This document shows positions 13,563 to 26,312 of a stretch of 64,000 nt of DNA, in pieces; the stretch's first letter is position 1; every line of letters begins with the position of its first letter. A model generated the notes under the pieces. That model saw only the letters and a list, made by a program, of their open reading frames with translations. It was not told the DNA's origin and made no database searches. This DNA comes from Eledone cirrhosa (lineage: Eukaryota). Location: assembly GCA_964016885.1 (NCBI GenBank), contig OZ024741.1:319238001-319302000 (forward strand), written 5' to 3'. The position numbers and the translations under genes are program-made.

Positions 13563-13881
13563 CTGGTATGTGTGAATCGGACTCACTAGAAGTTTTCTTT
13601 CTGGTCAACACATTGTTGTTCGTTATATTAGCAGTATTATTTAAAATCCGTTTGGTTTGCCGCACAGTTTCCTCTCGTGCGATATCTAGAGATATATTAG
13701 ATGGCCTAACTAACTCGCTAGAGTCATTAATGTACTCAGAAGTTCGATAATCGATAACTTTCTTCAGTGTTTTTCTCTTCGAAACTGCGTGAGCTAATCC
13801 ATTGATAACAACCGAAGAAAACAACACAAAAAATAGTAAACATTTTACAGTAACTAAAGTAACTATTTCTCCGCAAGACAT
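13563..13881 (-). CDS. Probable first coding exon of a host secreted or membrane protein (unidentified)
   Basis: Non-repetitive ORF with ATG at 13881, a hydrophobic signal-like segment (CLLFFVLFSSVVINGLAHA) and 4 N-glycosylation sequons. Ends at a CAG|GTATG donor (phase 1). Downstream exons not established. Confidence 0.6.
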
Positions 13882-14272
13882 ATTCGAAGTAAAACAATGT
13901 TTGGTTGCTTCTATTGCAAAGAATGGCTGGACAAATAATCCCAGTCTGCTCTATAATGTCTCTTTGTCTTTGTATATATATTGTTATTTCTTTTCGCTCG
14001 GCAGATACACATAGTTTTAAGTTAGATTCAGTGAGTCTCTTTCTACACCTACACCTGATGATATTTGTGGTCTGATTGACTGACTGACAGAAAATCAGAA
14101 CGAAAGAGATAGACAGAAATATAGCAAGTGGTTGGTGCGGTGGACAGCAAGCGCAGAGAGAAAAAGAGAGAGATAAAAGGCGTAAGGAAGAGGAAAAGTC
14201 TAGTAACCAAACAACCCTATGTGGTGTCATGGATATATTATACCTGTCTAACTTGGTTTATAATGTTATGTA

Positions 14273-14620
14273 CTCTCGGCCTCGAATAATCGCCTCCCCC
14301 ACATCAATTTTTCAGACCCCCCCCCCCCTCATACTTATTAAATTTTGCTAACTTATCTCTGGCGAAATTGTATTTTAAGTGGTAGCATTCCTTCGACAAT
14401 TCCCTTTATACATTAAAAAAACATTATACATGACTAAAAAGTACATTACTAGAAATCCCATACATCATAAAATAAATAGTTGGGGGGGGGGGGGTCTCAA
14501 TATGTAAACTAAACGACTAATTCTGGCTTTTTAAAAAAAATCAACGGAGACAACCTAGAAAAATTACCGATTTTCCAACGCCCCCGCTTATTCCCACCCC
14601 CTATTATTTGGACCCGAGAG
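14273..14620. mobile_element. Tc1/mariner-pogo-type MITE
   Basis: TA-flanked inverted ends ctctcggcctcgaataat / attatttggacccgagag. Confidence 0.65.
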
Positions 14621-14626
14621 TATGTG

Positions 14627-14960
14627 AAGGAATGTGGCTAAGCAATTAGGGTATTCGGTTCAAGATCATAATGTGGTCAGTTCGACTACCTCTGGAGGAT
14701 TGTCTTTGAACAAAGCACTTTATTTCACGTTACTACAGTCCACTCAGCTGAAAAAAATATTGAAAAGGCCTGCCTTGTCACTCATCGTGACACACCGAAT
14801 CTCCCTGAGAATTACGTTAAGGGTACACATGTCTGTTGAATACTCAGCTACTTATATCACCCTACATCAGCTATATCTATAATTAAAAGGACCAGACTTG
14901 TCACGTACTGTGTCATGCTGAATCTCCCTGAGAATTACGCTAAGGGAACATGTAGCAAGC
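14627..14960 (+). mobile_element. tRNA-derived SINE with duplicated 3' module
   Basis: Head gtggctaagcaattagggtattcg; body gaatctccctgagaattacg..aagggtacac is repeated. Same family at 38244-38550 (+) and 51840-52170 (-). Confidence 0.7.
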
Positions 14961-15290
14961 TGTTAAATTGAGATATAGGCTTGTTTACTGTGCAAATATT
15001 GAAAGCTATTTAGGTGCAGGCATGGCTGTGTAGTTAAGGAATTTGCTTCGCAGCCATGTGGTTCTGGGTTCAATCATTTTGAGTCACTTTGAAGTCACCT
15101 GTTGCATGTGACTTCAACTGTAGCCTTGGGCTGTGAGTGAAATTTGGTAGAGGGAGACTGAGTGGAAGTTGCTTGCATGTCAGTGTGTGCGCACGTTTGT
15201 GTGCATGTATGTGCGTGTGTGTTTACATTTACTATTTGTTTATGCCCTGTAACTGAGTGATTCAATAAAAAAACATCGATAAAATAAGTG

Positions 15291-15636
15291 CAATGGAACC
15301 TCAGTTAACGAACTTAATTCGTTTCTGAAGGCTATTCACCACCCGAAACGTTTGTAAGCTGAAACTATTTTTTCCATACGAAATGTTGAGAGAAAAATAC
15401 AGTGAGAGAGAGAGAGTCTGCGTGTGAAAAACAGATAAATATCACCATAGTAACCAACTACACAGGAAGTGACGCTTTCCCGCTGATACTCACAGCGTAT
15501 CGCCAACTATTGTTGCCGGTTTGCGTATTCATTACTTGAGGCACCGTTCGTCACCTGAGACGTTTTATGTTTGGAAAAAATGTTCACGAACCGATTTGTC
15601 CATGATGAGAGGCGTTCGGGAACCGAGGTTCAACTC
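15291..15636. mobile_element. Tigger/pogo-like MITE
   Basis: Imperfect TIRs caatggaacctcagttaacgaac / gttcgggaaccgaggttcaactc, with TA on the right side. Confidence 0.6.
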
Positions 15637-16139
15637 TATTACGCTTGGAAAAAAATGCTGGAGTCAATATGATCGACTAAACCTCACCAATGCGATGCTC
15701 CAGAATGGCACAGTCAAATGAAAGAAGCAATGTTTTGTGTCTGACTGAACCACTGAAAGTAGCCTGTATTAAGGTTTTGTGAACGCATGTATATGTGTTT
15801 ATATTTCATGCGTGCATGTGTGTGTTTATGTATGTTTGAGTGTGTTTGTGTATTTATGTATGTATTTGTGTGAATGTGTGTTCTGGTCTCAAAAAGTTTC
15901 ATTATCTAAACAAATAATATACTCATTATCTCAATCATTTTGTCTGTGTGTGCGTGCGCATGTGTGTATGAGTGTGTGCGCGCGTGCGCACATGTATGTG
16001 TGTGTGTTTACTTGATTTCGTGACCCACAAGAGATCAAATAAAATAATTACTTCCCCCACTGTCCCCATTCATAATTGGGAGATAGTTATAGTTTCAAGT
16101 TAAAGATATAGAATACTACTCCTTATTTGAAGAACCATG

Positions 16140-16790
16140 GAACTCGTGCTCACACCGTGTTACACTGAATCTCCGTGAGAATTACATCAGGGGTACACGT
16201 GTCTGTTGAATACTCAGGTACTTACATCATCCTACAATATCAGTTACACCTATAATTAAAAGGGCCAGACTTGTCAGGCACTGTGGTATGCTGAATCTCC
16301 CTGAAAATTACATCTGGGGTACACGTGTCTGTCGAATACTCACCTACTTACATCACGCTACAATATCAGCTATACTTATAATTGTTTAATTGTTTTTATT
16401 AAAGGCCAGCAAATTTTCCAGTGCATTACTGGTACTTTTTTTTTTATCGACCCCGTAAGGATGAAAGACAAAGCTAACCTCAGCGTGATTTAAACTCAGA
16501 CCGTAAAGGGCCGTAACTCTATGCTACAAAGCATGGCGTCTCACCCTCTACCGATACTGCTAATCCACCGCCCAGCTATACTTATAATTAAAAGGGCCAG
16601 GCATGTCATGCACTGTGTCATGCTGAATCTCCCTGAGAATTACATCTGGGGTACACGTGTCTGTCGAATACTCAGCTACTTATATCATCCTACAATATCA
16701 GCTATACTTATAATTAAAAGGGCCAGACTTGGCACGCACTGTATCATACTGAATCTCCCTGAGAATTACGTTAGGGGTACATGTTTGAGC
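16140..16790 (+). repeat. Tandem array of ~120-bp SINE 3' modules interrupted by an inverted SINE
   Basis: Four copies of gaatctcc(c/g)tga(g/a)aattac...ggtacac, with a minus-strand SINE at 16420-16570. Confidence 0.7.
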
Positions 16791-17082
16791 AAGCTATTTG
16801 ATTATATGGGTTCATTTACTGTGCAAATATTTTAAGCTATCTAGGTGCAGGCGTGGCTGTGTGGTTAAGGAATTTACTTTGTAGCCATGTGGTTCTGGGT
16901 TCAGTTCTGTTGTATGGCACTTTGGGTCACTTTGAGTCACTTTGAAGTTCCACGAAGCACCACGGAGATCGTGCACACATCACAATGTATATATAAGTTT
17001 GTTAGAAATATCCAAGGGTAAGAGTACTCAGTCCATAGGATGAGTTAAGTATGTCACTGTTGTAACTAATTATATATATATA

Positions 17083-17284
17083 ACTAAGAGGGTGTGGTAA
17101 GATAACCAGGTGGACCATGACGCACCAGAGTACTCAATACTTAGGGTAGTAGAGTGGGTAATAGGAAAAGAGTCAGGACCCCGATGAATGAACTCCGGTC
17201 GTTTCGACAGCTAGATCTGAACGTTTGGATCTAGCTGTATAAACGGCTGGAGCTCAGCCGTTGGGGTCCTGACTCTTTTCCTAT
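17083..17284 (-). mobile_element. Fold-back Penelope-like/hammerhead element in (TA)n
   Basis: Imperfect palindrome 17161-17284 plus a unique tail at 17083-17160. Homologous to 37031-37224. Confidence 0.75.
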
Positions 17285-17291
17285 ATATATA

Positions 17292-18112
17292 TATAGTAGA
17301 ATAATCGAGTATCGAAAAATCGGCGCACGAGTTCACGATAAACAAAATTCGACATGAGTGGCAGAGGGCTCAATAATTCAGAGAAATCAGAGCTATAACT
17401 ATCGTTAAAATACCAACACACATAGATTATGTCTAAAATCAACCATACGACCGAAAAATTACGATCAGGAAGATTCGGGTCACTCAGATAAAATATCAAT
17501 AAATCAATAAATCATGTGAATGTAAAAAGCTTACCCGGACCCACTAGAAAGATGGTAAATCTAGCTTCTTGGGTTTCTGTAAATCCCTAAACCGCCCACT
17601 ATCAGCCCACATAAAAATATATAAGACTTCTAGAGAGCGGCGGACAGGAAATACTTTATCAACGAGCTTTGTCCAGACGAATAAAAAAGCCAACCCTAGC
17701 TGAAAACGCACATGGAATCCAGCAAGGGAGATAACCTCTATATCCGCGAAAAATATTCGGGAATGTGGAAAATCACATATCGAATAAGAGTGCTCAATAG
17801 ACATGTTAAAATAAACAGGAGCTATTCATCATTTAATAGAATCGACAAAATATGAACAATAAAATTAACTGGTCAATAGCTATGTCTAGAGCTAAATATA
17901 GTAGAATAATCGAGTATCGAAAAATCGGCGCACGATAAACAAAATTCGACATGAGTGGCAGAGGGCTCAATAATTCAGAGAAATCAGAGCTATAACTACC
18001 GTTAAAATACCAACACACATAGATTATGTCTAAAATCAACCATACGACCGAAAAATTACGATCAGGAAGATTCGGGTCACTCAGATAAAATATCAATAAA
18101 TCAATAAATCAT

Positions 18113-18116
<4 letters not shown>
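17292..18116. repeat. Element with ~225-bp near-identical direct repeats, bounded by (TA)n
   Basis: 17292-17519 is repeated at 17897-18116 (one 8-bp indel, one substitution seen). Period ~605 bp. Confidence 0.85.
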
Positions 18117-18180
<64 letters not shown>

Positions 18181-18504
18181 AGAGTATTGAAGTTTGCTTG
18201 AAGCATTGTGGAATAGTAGGTAAATACCTTTAAGTCGTTTGGAAGCCTCGACAATGCAAATGGGTAAATCTCCGGGTAACAAGATCCGCTGGTGGAGAGA
18301 GAGATGTAAGTGGGTGTACGTTGAGATGCGTGGTGTGTATAAGACGTGTAGAGGAATGAAGGAAAGATTATAAAGGATAAAATAAAAATAACAACACGAG
18401 AGAGAGAGTTACCTTGGGAGAGATTTAATTGTCCCTATATATTTCGGATTCACATCCATCAACTGGGGGTTTTTTCCGGGGTGGGAGAAAGGTTGTCTGT
18501 CGGA

Positions 18505-18584
18505 AAGGTGCGAAACGCGTCCTCCGCTGTTTGTTGTTTTGAATATTCAAAACAACAAACAGCGGAGGACGCGTTTCGCACCTT
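18505..18584. repeat. Perfect 80-bp palindrome containing the hammerhead 3' half CGAAACGCGTC on both strands
   Basis: aaggtgcgaaacgcgtcctccgctgtttgttgttttgaat|attcaaaacaacaaacagcggaggacgcgtttcgcacctt. Confidence 0.9.
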
Positions 18585-18917
18585 AATGACTTTAGCTTTT
18601 AAAGAATCTCCCTTTTCTTTAATTCTATCGACCATGACTGACCCCCCACTGATTTTATAGACACCTGTTAGCTTAAGAGAAACTTATTGACAAGGAATGG
18701 TATGCCATCCGGAACCTGTTTATAGAATTCTGTCTGCCTTTGTTACTCTAAAAACATAAATAAATATAAATAAAAATAAAAATAAATTATAGCTTTGTAG
18801 AATTAGCTTTTAATGAATTCCCTTTTCTATCAACCAATGACCTGCACCGATCCCACTCCTCACCCTCTCCTACCACTTGTAGAGACCTATAAATACCATA
18901 TTTATTTTTTGATACCC

Positions 18918-18968
18918 AGATTCCTGATGATTTCTTATGAATGAAACAGTTCTAGTCCTGTAGAATCT
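18918..18968 (+). ncRNA. Type I hammerhead ribozyme motif
   Basis: agattc-CTGATGA-tttc/ttat/gaat-GAAA-cag/ttctagtc/ctg-TA-gaatct. Perfect 6-bp stem I, 4-bp stem III, GUA cleavage triplet. Confidence 0.8.
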
Positions 18969-18980
18969 CATCTATATTAA

Positions 18981-19027
<47 letters not shown>

Positions 19028-19084
19028 TATATATATATATATATTACTTCAAAATATTAATAAATATAGACATTCATGTGATCA

Positions 19085-19158
19085 AATATATTTTATTAAA
19101 CATATTTCAGAGGTACTGAGCTATTTCAACAGTACGTCCTCATCAGATAAAATAAATT
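19085..19158 (-). ncRNA. Minimal type I hammerhead ribozyme motif
   Basis: Reverse complement: tttattttat-CTGATGA-ggacgtactg..cagtacctct-GAAA-tatgtt-TA-ataaaata. Confidence 0.7.
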
Positions 19159-19270
19159 GATGTCTGACATACCTTGACTGTGTTGATGGTTAAAATTCAG
19201 TCATGGCAGTATTCATTGATTATTGATTATTCATTGATTAATTCATTGAACCTTGTTAAACTTTTAATCA

Positions 19271-19313
<43 letters not shown>

Positions 19314-19378
19314 GAACCAAATAAATATACATATAAAAAAAAGACTCCAGTTGCATTTTCGATTTCATCTTTTTTCCT

Positions 19379-19439
<61 letters not shown>

Positions 19440-19484
19440 AAAACGAAGAATCAGTGATGCATCGAAACACAATTTATTAACGTA

Positions 19485-20190
<706 letters not shown>

Positions 20191-20300
20191 TTACAATTGT
20201 TTCTCCGGCGAACAGCTCGAGGTTCGATCTATTTGTGGATCGAACCCGACTGTCGATTCGCAAGTTCCTCAGATTCGTCTAGCGACTTCGAAGTTGCGAG

Positions 20301-20393
20301 ACGTATCTGAGGAATTTGCGAATCCAGAGTCGGATTCTATCCACAAATAGATCGAACCTCGAGTTGTTCGCCGGAGAAACAATTGTAATACGT
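20301..20393 (+). ncRNA. Type I hammerhead ribozyme motif with extended stem II
   Basis: acgtat-CTGAGGA-(long stem II)-GAAA-caattg-TA-atacgt. Perfect 6-bp stem I and palindromic stem III. Confidence 0.75.
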
Positions 20394-20488
20394 TAATAAA
20401 TTGTGTTTCGATGCATCACCGATTCTTCGTTTTAGCATAGAGTGCTCAACCAGCATACCACCTATGGAAGCATCCAAGCAACCTTACC

Positions 20489-20610
<122 letters not shown>

Positions 20611-20743
20611 TCTGCGGTGCTGAGACCGAGGAGACCACTAATCATGTGAGTACTTCATACATAGGGGGTGTAGAGTGGGTATAGAACACACAAGCCAAAA
20701 CCACTTGGCACCATGGTGAGGATTTTACATATCTATCTATCTA

Positions 20744-22448
20744 CCAATAACATCGAAAATTTAAACAACACTAACCAGAACAACAACAACAACAACAACA
20801 ACAATAATGACAACAAGAACAACAACAACAACAGCAACAATGATAACAATAACACCACCACCAACAACAGCAACACGAACAACCACACAAGGAAAATATT
20901 TCCTTTGCACAAACCGTCCAAAAGACGGAACTGTTTACATATCTTGACATCTCCAATGCTAGGGAGTTGTTAAGAAAGGCAAAGCAATATGTAACTTTTG
21001 GTGAGACTTCAGCATCACTTCTCCTCAACAGTTACGTAGAGAAACTATCCTAAAAACAATAATTTTTAGGACAGTTTCAAATTCGTCTAAAAAACCAGTG
21101 CAATTATGCCAAAACGAAATTGAACTGGTTTTGAAGAATTCAATGAAGGATATTGCCTTTATCCAAAAAGATAAACTTTTCGGAAGCATTTCGGAGCTGA
21201 TGAAAGACCAATTGACGGCACAAAAATATTCTGTGTCGCCAATTGTGTCCCCCCTTTACACCTTTTTCCCCACATATATGGGAAAAAGAACCCAGAAAAT
21301 TAAAATTTCAAACATCACACCAAACGTAAACGTCTGGTGGATTTTGACTGGCTTCATCGATTTCGATGAAGACACCATAATTTCAGTGGGATAGTCCTCC
21401 AGAGTCACATTCAATGGTACAAGCCTGGAAGTTCTGTTTCAAAGGAGGCCAGAACGGATAGCTAAAATACCACAACGTGTGCCTCTGGATGGGAATTCAT
21501 ACATAAACAGTTCTGTTGAGGGTAGGCGGCCTTCATGTTACCACTGTTTAAGCAGTGGTCACCTAAAGGCTTACTGTCCTCAGCTAGCTGCAAGAAAAAA
21601 AGAGGCACTACTGCCAACACCCAAAACAACAACACAACCACCACCACCACCACCACAACAACAACAACACACAAACATAACCAAAACAAGAACAACAAAC
21701 CAAACTGCAAGCACAGTCCCACCCAACCCCCACTCCACCTAAAACCACAGCAAAAACACCCACAAACACAACATCTCCCCAAGACATACCCCTCCCCAAT
21801 CACACAGACGATACAACAGATGAGGCTCTCTCGTCATCACCCAGTGAAGACGAGGGAGAACCCCATCGCTCGAAAAGAAAAAAAATGCACCATAAAAACA
21901 AAAAAAAACAGCAAATACTACCACAAACATACAACCACCAACACAAACAACAAAAACATCACAAACAAAACCCCCACCTCCTGAAAACAAAATGCCTACA
22001 ACAAAACGAAAGCACACACAAGAACTACAGACAAAAACAAACACAGCACAAGAAAATTACACCTACACATACATAAACACTGAAAACAAAACACTAATGG
22101 AGACCATAACGAACAACCCTTCGGTGAAAACCGAAGGGAAAACTTTCGCAAACTCTAATAAAAATAATAAAAAAACCGAACCTAAAACTGATTAGGGTCC
22201 CTATACAAACTTATAGGTCCCTAAAAGAAACATTTGAAAAGGACGTGGGGAATTCCTGCGTGAAACCACTTAACCGCGTCCTTCTCAAATGTCTCTCCAC
22301 CCCAGACACCCCATCCCACCAGACATCCCCTCCCCACCAAACATCTCCGTCCCCACCCCACCGGAAACCACCACCCACCCAGACAACCCCTCCAACAACC
22401 CCATGGAACTTGAGCGACCCGCTCTCCAGGAAACTAAAAGGTGAGTGA
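20744..22448 (+). pseudogene. Disrupted ORF1 of copy A
   Basis: Fragments 21098..21394, 21479..21742 (EGRRPSCYHCLSSGHLKAYC knuckle) and 22245..22448 (CVKPLNRVLLK) align to ORF1 26286..28154. Confidence 0.88.
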
Positions 22449-22484
22449 ACTCTTCCCTTTCTTTTCTAACTCTTACTCACCAAC

Positions 22485-25400
22485 ATGGCGAATGTAAGAG
22501 TCGGTTGTGTGAATGTGCGCAGCCTGGGATGCCCTGGAAACAGACAAACTCTTAAACGACCTCAGGTCGCACAGTATGGATGTAATTGCCATCTGCGAGT
22601 CCAGGATCCACAGCGAGCGACAGCTGGCTCCCATCTTCGATGACTATGAGATCTACGCATCTCTCTGTCAACCGGGAGGTGGGGGCGGGGTTTCCGTTTT
22701 GCTGAGGAAACACCTGGGCCTCGTAACACAGACGGTACATCTGGACCCGGAGGGTCGACTGGTGGTCCTAGACGTTGACGGTAGTGAAGGTGAAGCCTTC
22801 AGGCTGGTGGCCGCATATGCCCCATCCGGGACTCCGCGGCCAGACTTCTTCAAATGTCTAGAGACTTTTCTGGGAACGTCCCGCTCCTTGCTTTTAGTGG
22901 GGGACTGGAATGGAATCCTAGATGCACGTTGGGACTATGTGGGAGCATGTCCCGATACAGGGGGGTGTAACAGCCTCAAACAGTTAATCGGCCGATTTGA
23001 CCTGGCCGATAGATATCGACTAGATTTTCCGACTGTGCCACTGTGGACGTGGACTAATCGCAGCGGGACATCTAGATTGTACCTAGATAGGGTTCTAGTT
23101 AGAAATAAGGACAGGGACATGTTAAGCTGTCCACAAATGTTCATGGTTGCCTATTCAGATCACAAACTAGTGACCTGCATGGTCAACCTTGATAGAACCC
23201 ATAGACAAGGACCCGGCTATTGGAAGCTGAACTTGTCGTTACCGACATGCAAAGCCTACAGTAGACGGATTAGCACTTTCGTTAAACAGCACTTGACAGG
23301 GGCCATTGTCAACAACAGATGGTGGTACTCTCTCAAGAGGGCAGTTAGATTAGACTCGTTAGTTTTTAGTAAAGAATTAGCGTTAGATAGAAATAGGACC
23401 GAGAAGGAACTGGTAGATAAAGTAGAAGAGGCAATTAGAAGTGGCAACGTAGCCAGCGTGCTAGCAACGAGAACGGCCTTGGACCAGTTCTTCGACGCAA
23501 AGCACGAGGGTTGCGTTGTCAGAAGCAAAATACGTGTTCTGGGTAACGAGGGAGCCAAAGCTGTTAGCCAGGCCCGGGTGACGGAGGCGAAAAGTGGCAA
23601 CAAGTCCACGATTCAGTCTTTGAATGACCAAGACGGACGCGTGATACGTGAGCCGAAACAGATGTGCGCGGCCTTTCAGCGGCACTTTGCTCAGCTGTTC
23701 CGGCAGGGTGACGCGGCGGAAGGGGCTATGGATTTCGGTCCATACCTCGACAGCCTGCCGCGACTCTCGAACAGCGAGGCGAAGTTCTGCGAAAGGCCGA
23801 TTTCAGCCGCTGAGATAGTGGACGCGCTGAGCCAATGCGGCAAACGCAAATCTCCAGGTCTCGACGGTCTACCCTACGAATTTTACGTAGCAATGCCGGA
23901 CTTGTTCTCTGTTCTCCTGGAAGCGGTCTACTGTAACTGGCAGCAGAATGGGAGAATTCCCAGTTCTGTGACCAGGAGCGTAGTCACGCTAGTCAGGAAC
24001 AACGAGAATAAGGAGGATGAGATAGGCAACTTCCGGCCCATAACTCTACTAAACACAGAGTTACAGATTTTGGCCAAGGTGTTGGCAAAGAGGCTGGCGC
24101 TTGTCAAATACCTGGTGGGAGAAGCGCAGATATGCGCAATCCCGACCAGGTCCATACACGATAACCTCCACCTCATGCGATACATCGTAGAGAGGGTTGG
24201 GTGTAAACCCGGCTTCGGTGGGGCCCTGACCAACTTGGATCAGTCTAAGGCTTTCGATAGGGTTGACCATCGTTATCTGGATGCGGTGCTCGAGGCGGCA
24301 GGCTTCGAACCCGTGTCCAGGGGCTGGATTGCTTTAATGCACAGCAGCAACATCTGCTCAAGGGTCAAGGTGAACGGCTACCTCTCGGAGCCGTTCCATA
24401 TCACGCGATCCATCCGACAGGGATGCCCTCTCTCCTCCCTTCTGTACGTACTGACTCTCGAGCCACTACTGCGGATGTTGGAGCTATTGCAGGGCATCCC
24501 TCTGGAACCGGGACTGCGGAAAGCGGCGTCGGCCTACGCCAACGACATGACAGTAATGGTATCGAGCACCTCGCAAATAGAGGAAGTCGGCACCTTACTG
24601 AAGGAATACGAAAGGTTCACAGGAGCGAAGCTGAACCGGGACAAGTGCATCGGTTTGCAACTCGGATCGTGGAAAAGCAAACCGATGCCTTCCGATGGCG
24701 TCGTCGAACGCTGGACGGAAGGACCGGTGAAGCTGCTCGGGGTCTGGTTTGGTCCGGACCTCCAGGTGGAGAAGAACTGGAACGAGGTGACGGCCAAGGT
24801 GTTTGCACTCACCCAGAAGTGGGCCGAGTGCAAACTATCCTTGAAAGGTCGAGCGGAGGTGGCGAACACTTTTATAGCGTCTGTCATCTACTACCGCTTG
24901 ACCGTTGTGCCTTGTTCAGCCAAAACGCTCACCAAAATGGAGCGCGTGCTCTTCCAATTCCTTTGGAAGAAGCGGGCTTCTTTGGTGAGAAGATCCATCT
25001 GCTGCCAACACCCTTCCAACGGAGGGCTGGGGATGCCGTGGCTAACGATTCGCAAACACGCGCTCAGGCTGCGGCATCTCCACGTATTCCTCACCGTACA
25101 ACCGGTGTGGGCCCCGTTCGTGAGGCGAGCCTTCCCACGACTCGTCTCGCTGACCGAGCTGCAGTCCTGGGTCAAGCAAAGACCGAGGAAAATAGGCGAT
25201 TGGCACATCGAATGTGCTCAGGCGCTCACGGACCCGGTTGTTAGTGGAGACTCCACTTCGTCATTCTATAGAAGGTTGGTCCGCAGCAAGTGCGACGACG
25301 CACTCGGAGAAACTCTAGGCGTAGAGGAAGACGAACTGGCCAGTCTGTTCGGTAGGACCTTCTGCCGGGACCGATGGACAACTTCCAAAGTCCCTGGCCT

Positions 25401-25878
25401 GGCAGTGCTACCAAGGAGCTCTACCAGTTCGAGACAAGCTCTACAGACATGGGCGCCCGGGCAGGGACCCTTCGAAAAATATCTGTCCGAGATGCGTGCG
25501 AGACGAAGAAACCGTCGCGGGCGTTACCGACCTGTGGGGCTATGTAGAACGACTAATGTCGCGAGTGGGACCAATCCGGTTGACCACCGAGTCCATTGTC
25601 ATGATCAAACCGCTACTCTCCTTCAAAAACGAAGGAGAGGCGGTTTTCCTTTGTGTGATAGCTATGGCGAAAGAGGTTGTATGGTGGACGAGGTTAAAAG
25701 GACTGAGATCAGACACCTTTCTCTCCAGCCAACAACTGATTCGTTTTTTTCAAATACCACTTTGGAAGAAGAATCAGGATGGAGAGAGAGGTGCTGTACC
25801 CCAGCAAATTTTATGAAAGGTGGGTGAAAGGGGCAAGAATGGCCCGAGTGAATGGCCTTCTCTCTATATCAGCCTGTA
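22485..25878 (+). pseudogene. ORF2 of copy A (APE endonuclease, RT, Cys-rich domain), frameshifted
   Basis: ATG at 22485 (MANVRVGCVNVRSL), then frameshift into 22513 frame. Motifs GDWN, SDH, KSPGLDG, FRPITLLN, KAFD, QGCPLS; catalytic YADD reads YAND. Further frameshifts from ~25360. Confidence 0.92.
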
Positions 25879-26002
25879 GGTTGAGGAAAAAGAGGAAGAG
25901 AGGAAAGGGGTACTCACTCTTTTTTACACGACTGTATGTAAAATCCCCGGCATGTCTTTATATTGTCCCCTTTTCTTGTGCGCCCCTGTGGCAAATAAAG
26001 AA

Positions 26003-26057
<55 letters not shown>

Positions 26058-26110
26058 CATCCATCTATCCATACATCTATCCATCCATCCATCTATCTAT
26101 CTATCTATCT
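26003..26110 (+). repeat. (ATCT)n/(ATCC)n microsatellite between copies A and B
   Basis: Direct reading. Confidence 0.95.
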
Positions 26111-26312
26111 TGATAGAGTAAGACACGCTTCACATCGGCTCCGCTATTCCATCGGGATTTACCCTTACTATTGTAAGTACCGGATAAATTTTTCAGTGCA
26201 ACACATTTGGAACACTAACCCCTGTTATTTAGGGAAACATTTTTGCATTTACCCCCTTTTTAGGGGGTAAAATAAATATCTATTTTTGCCGAAAAATTTC
26301 TTTCTTGGCAGC

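Larger units (their letters stand above)
20744..26002 (+). mobile_element. Tx1-like (L1 clade) non-LTR retrotransposon copy A, slightly 5'-truncated and decayed
   Basis: Starts after ATCTATCTATCTA. Contains a broken ORF1 and ORF2, then a 3' UTR ending gtggcaaataaagaa+(ATCT)n. Confidence 0.92.

Noticed and set aside
24423-25244. 273-aa overlapping alternative-frame ORF in ORF2
   Set aside because: The equivalent frame is broken in the better-preserved copy B; explained by GC-rich codon usage.
25360-25827. Novel C-terminal domain of the 1104-aa ORF
   Set aside because: Out-of-frame read-through after a frameshift; the true C-terminus appears in ORFs 25496.. and 25779..
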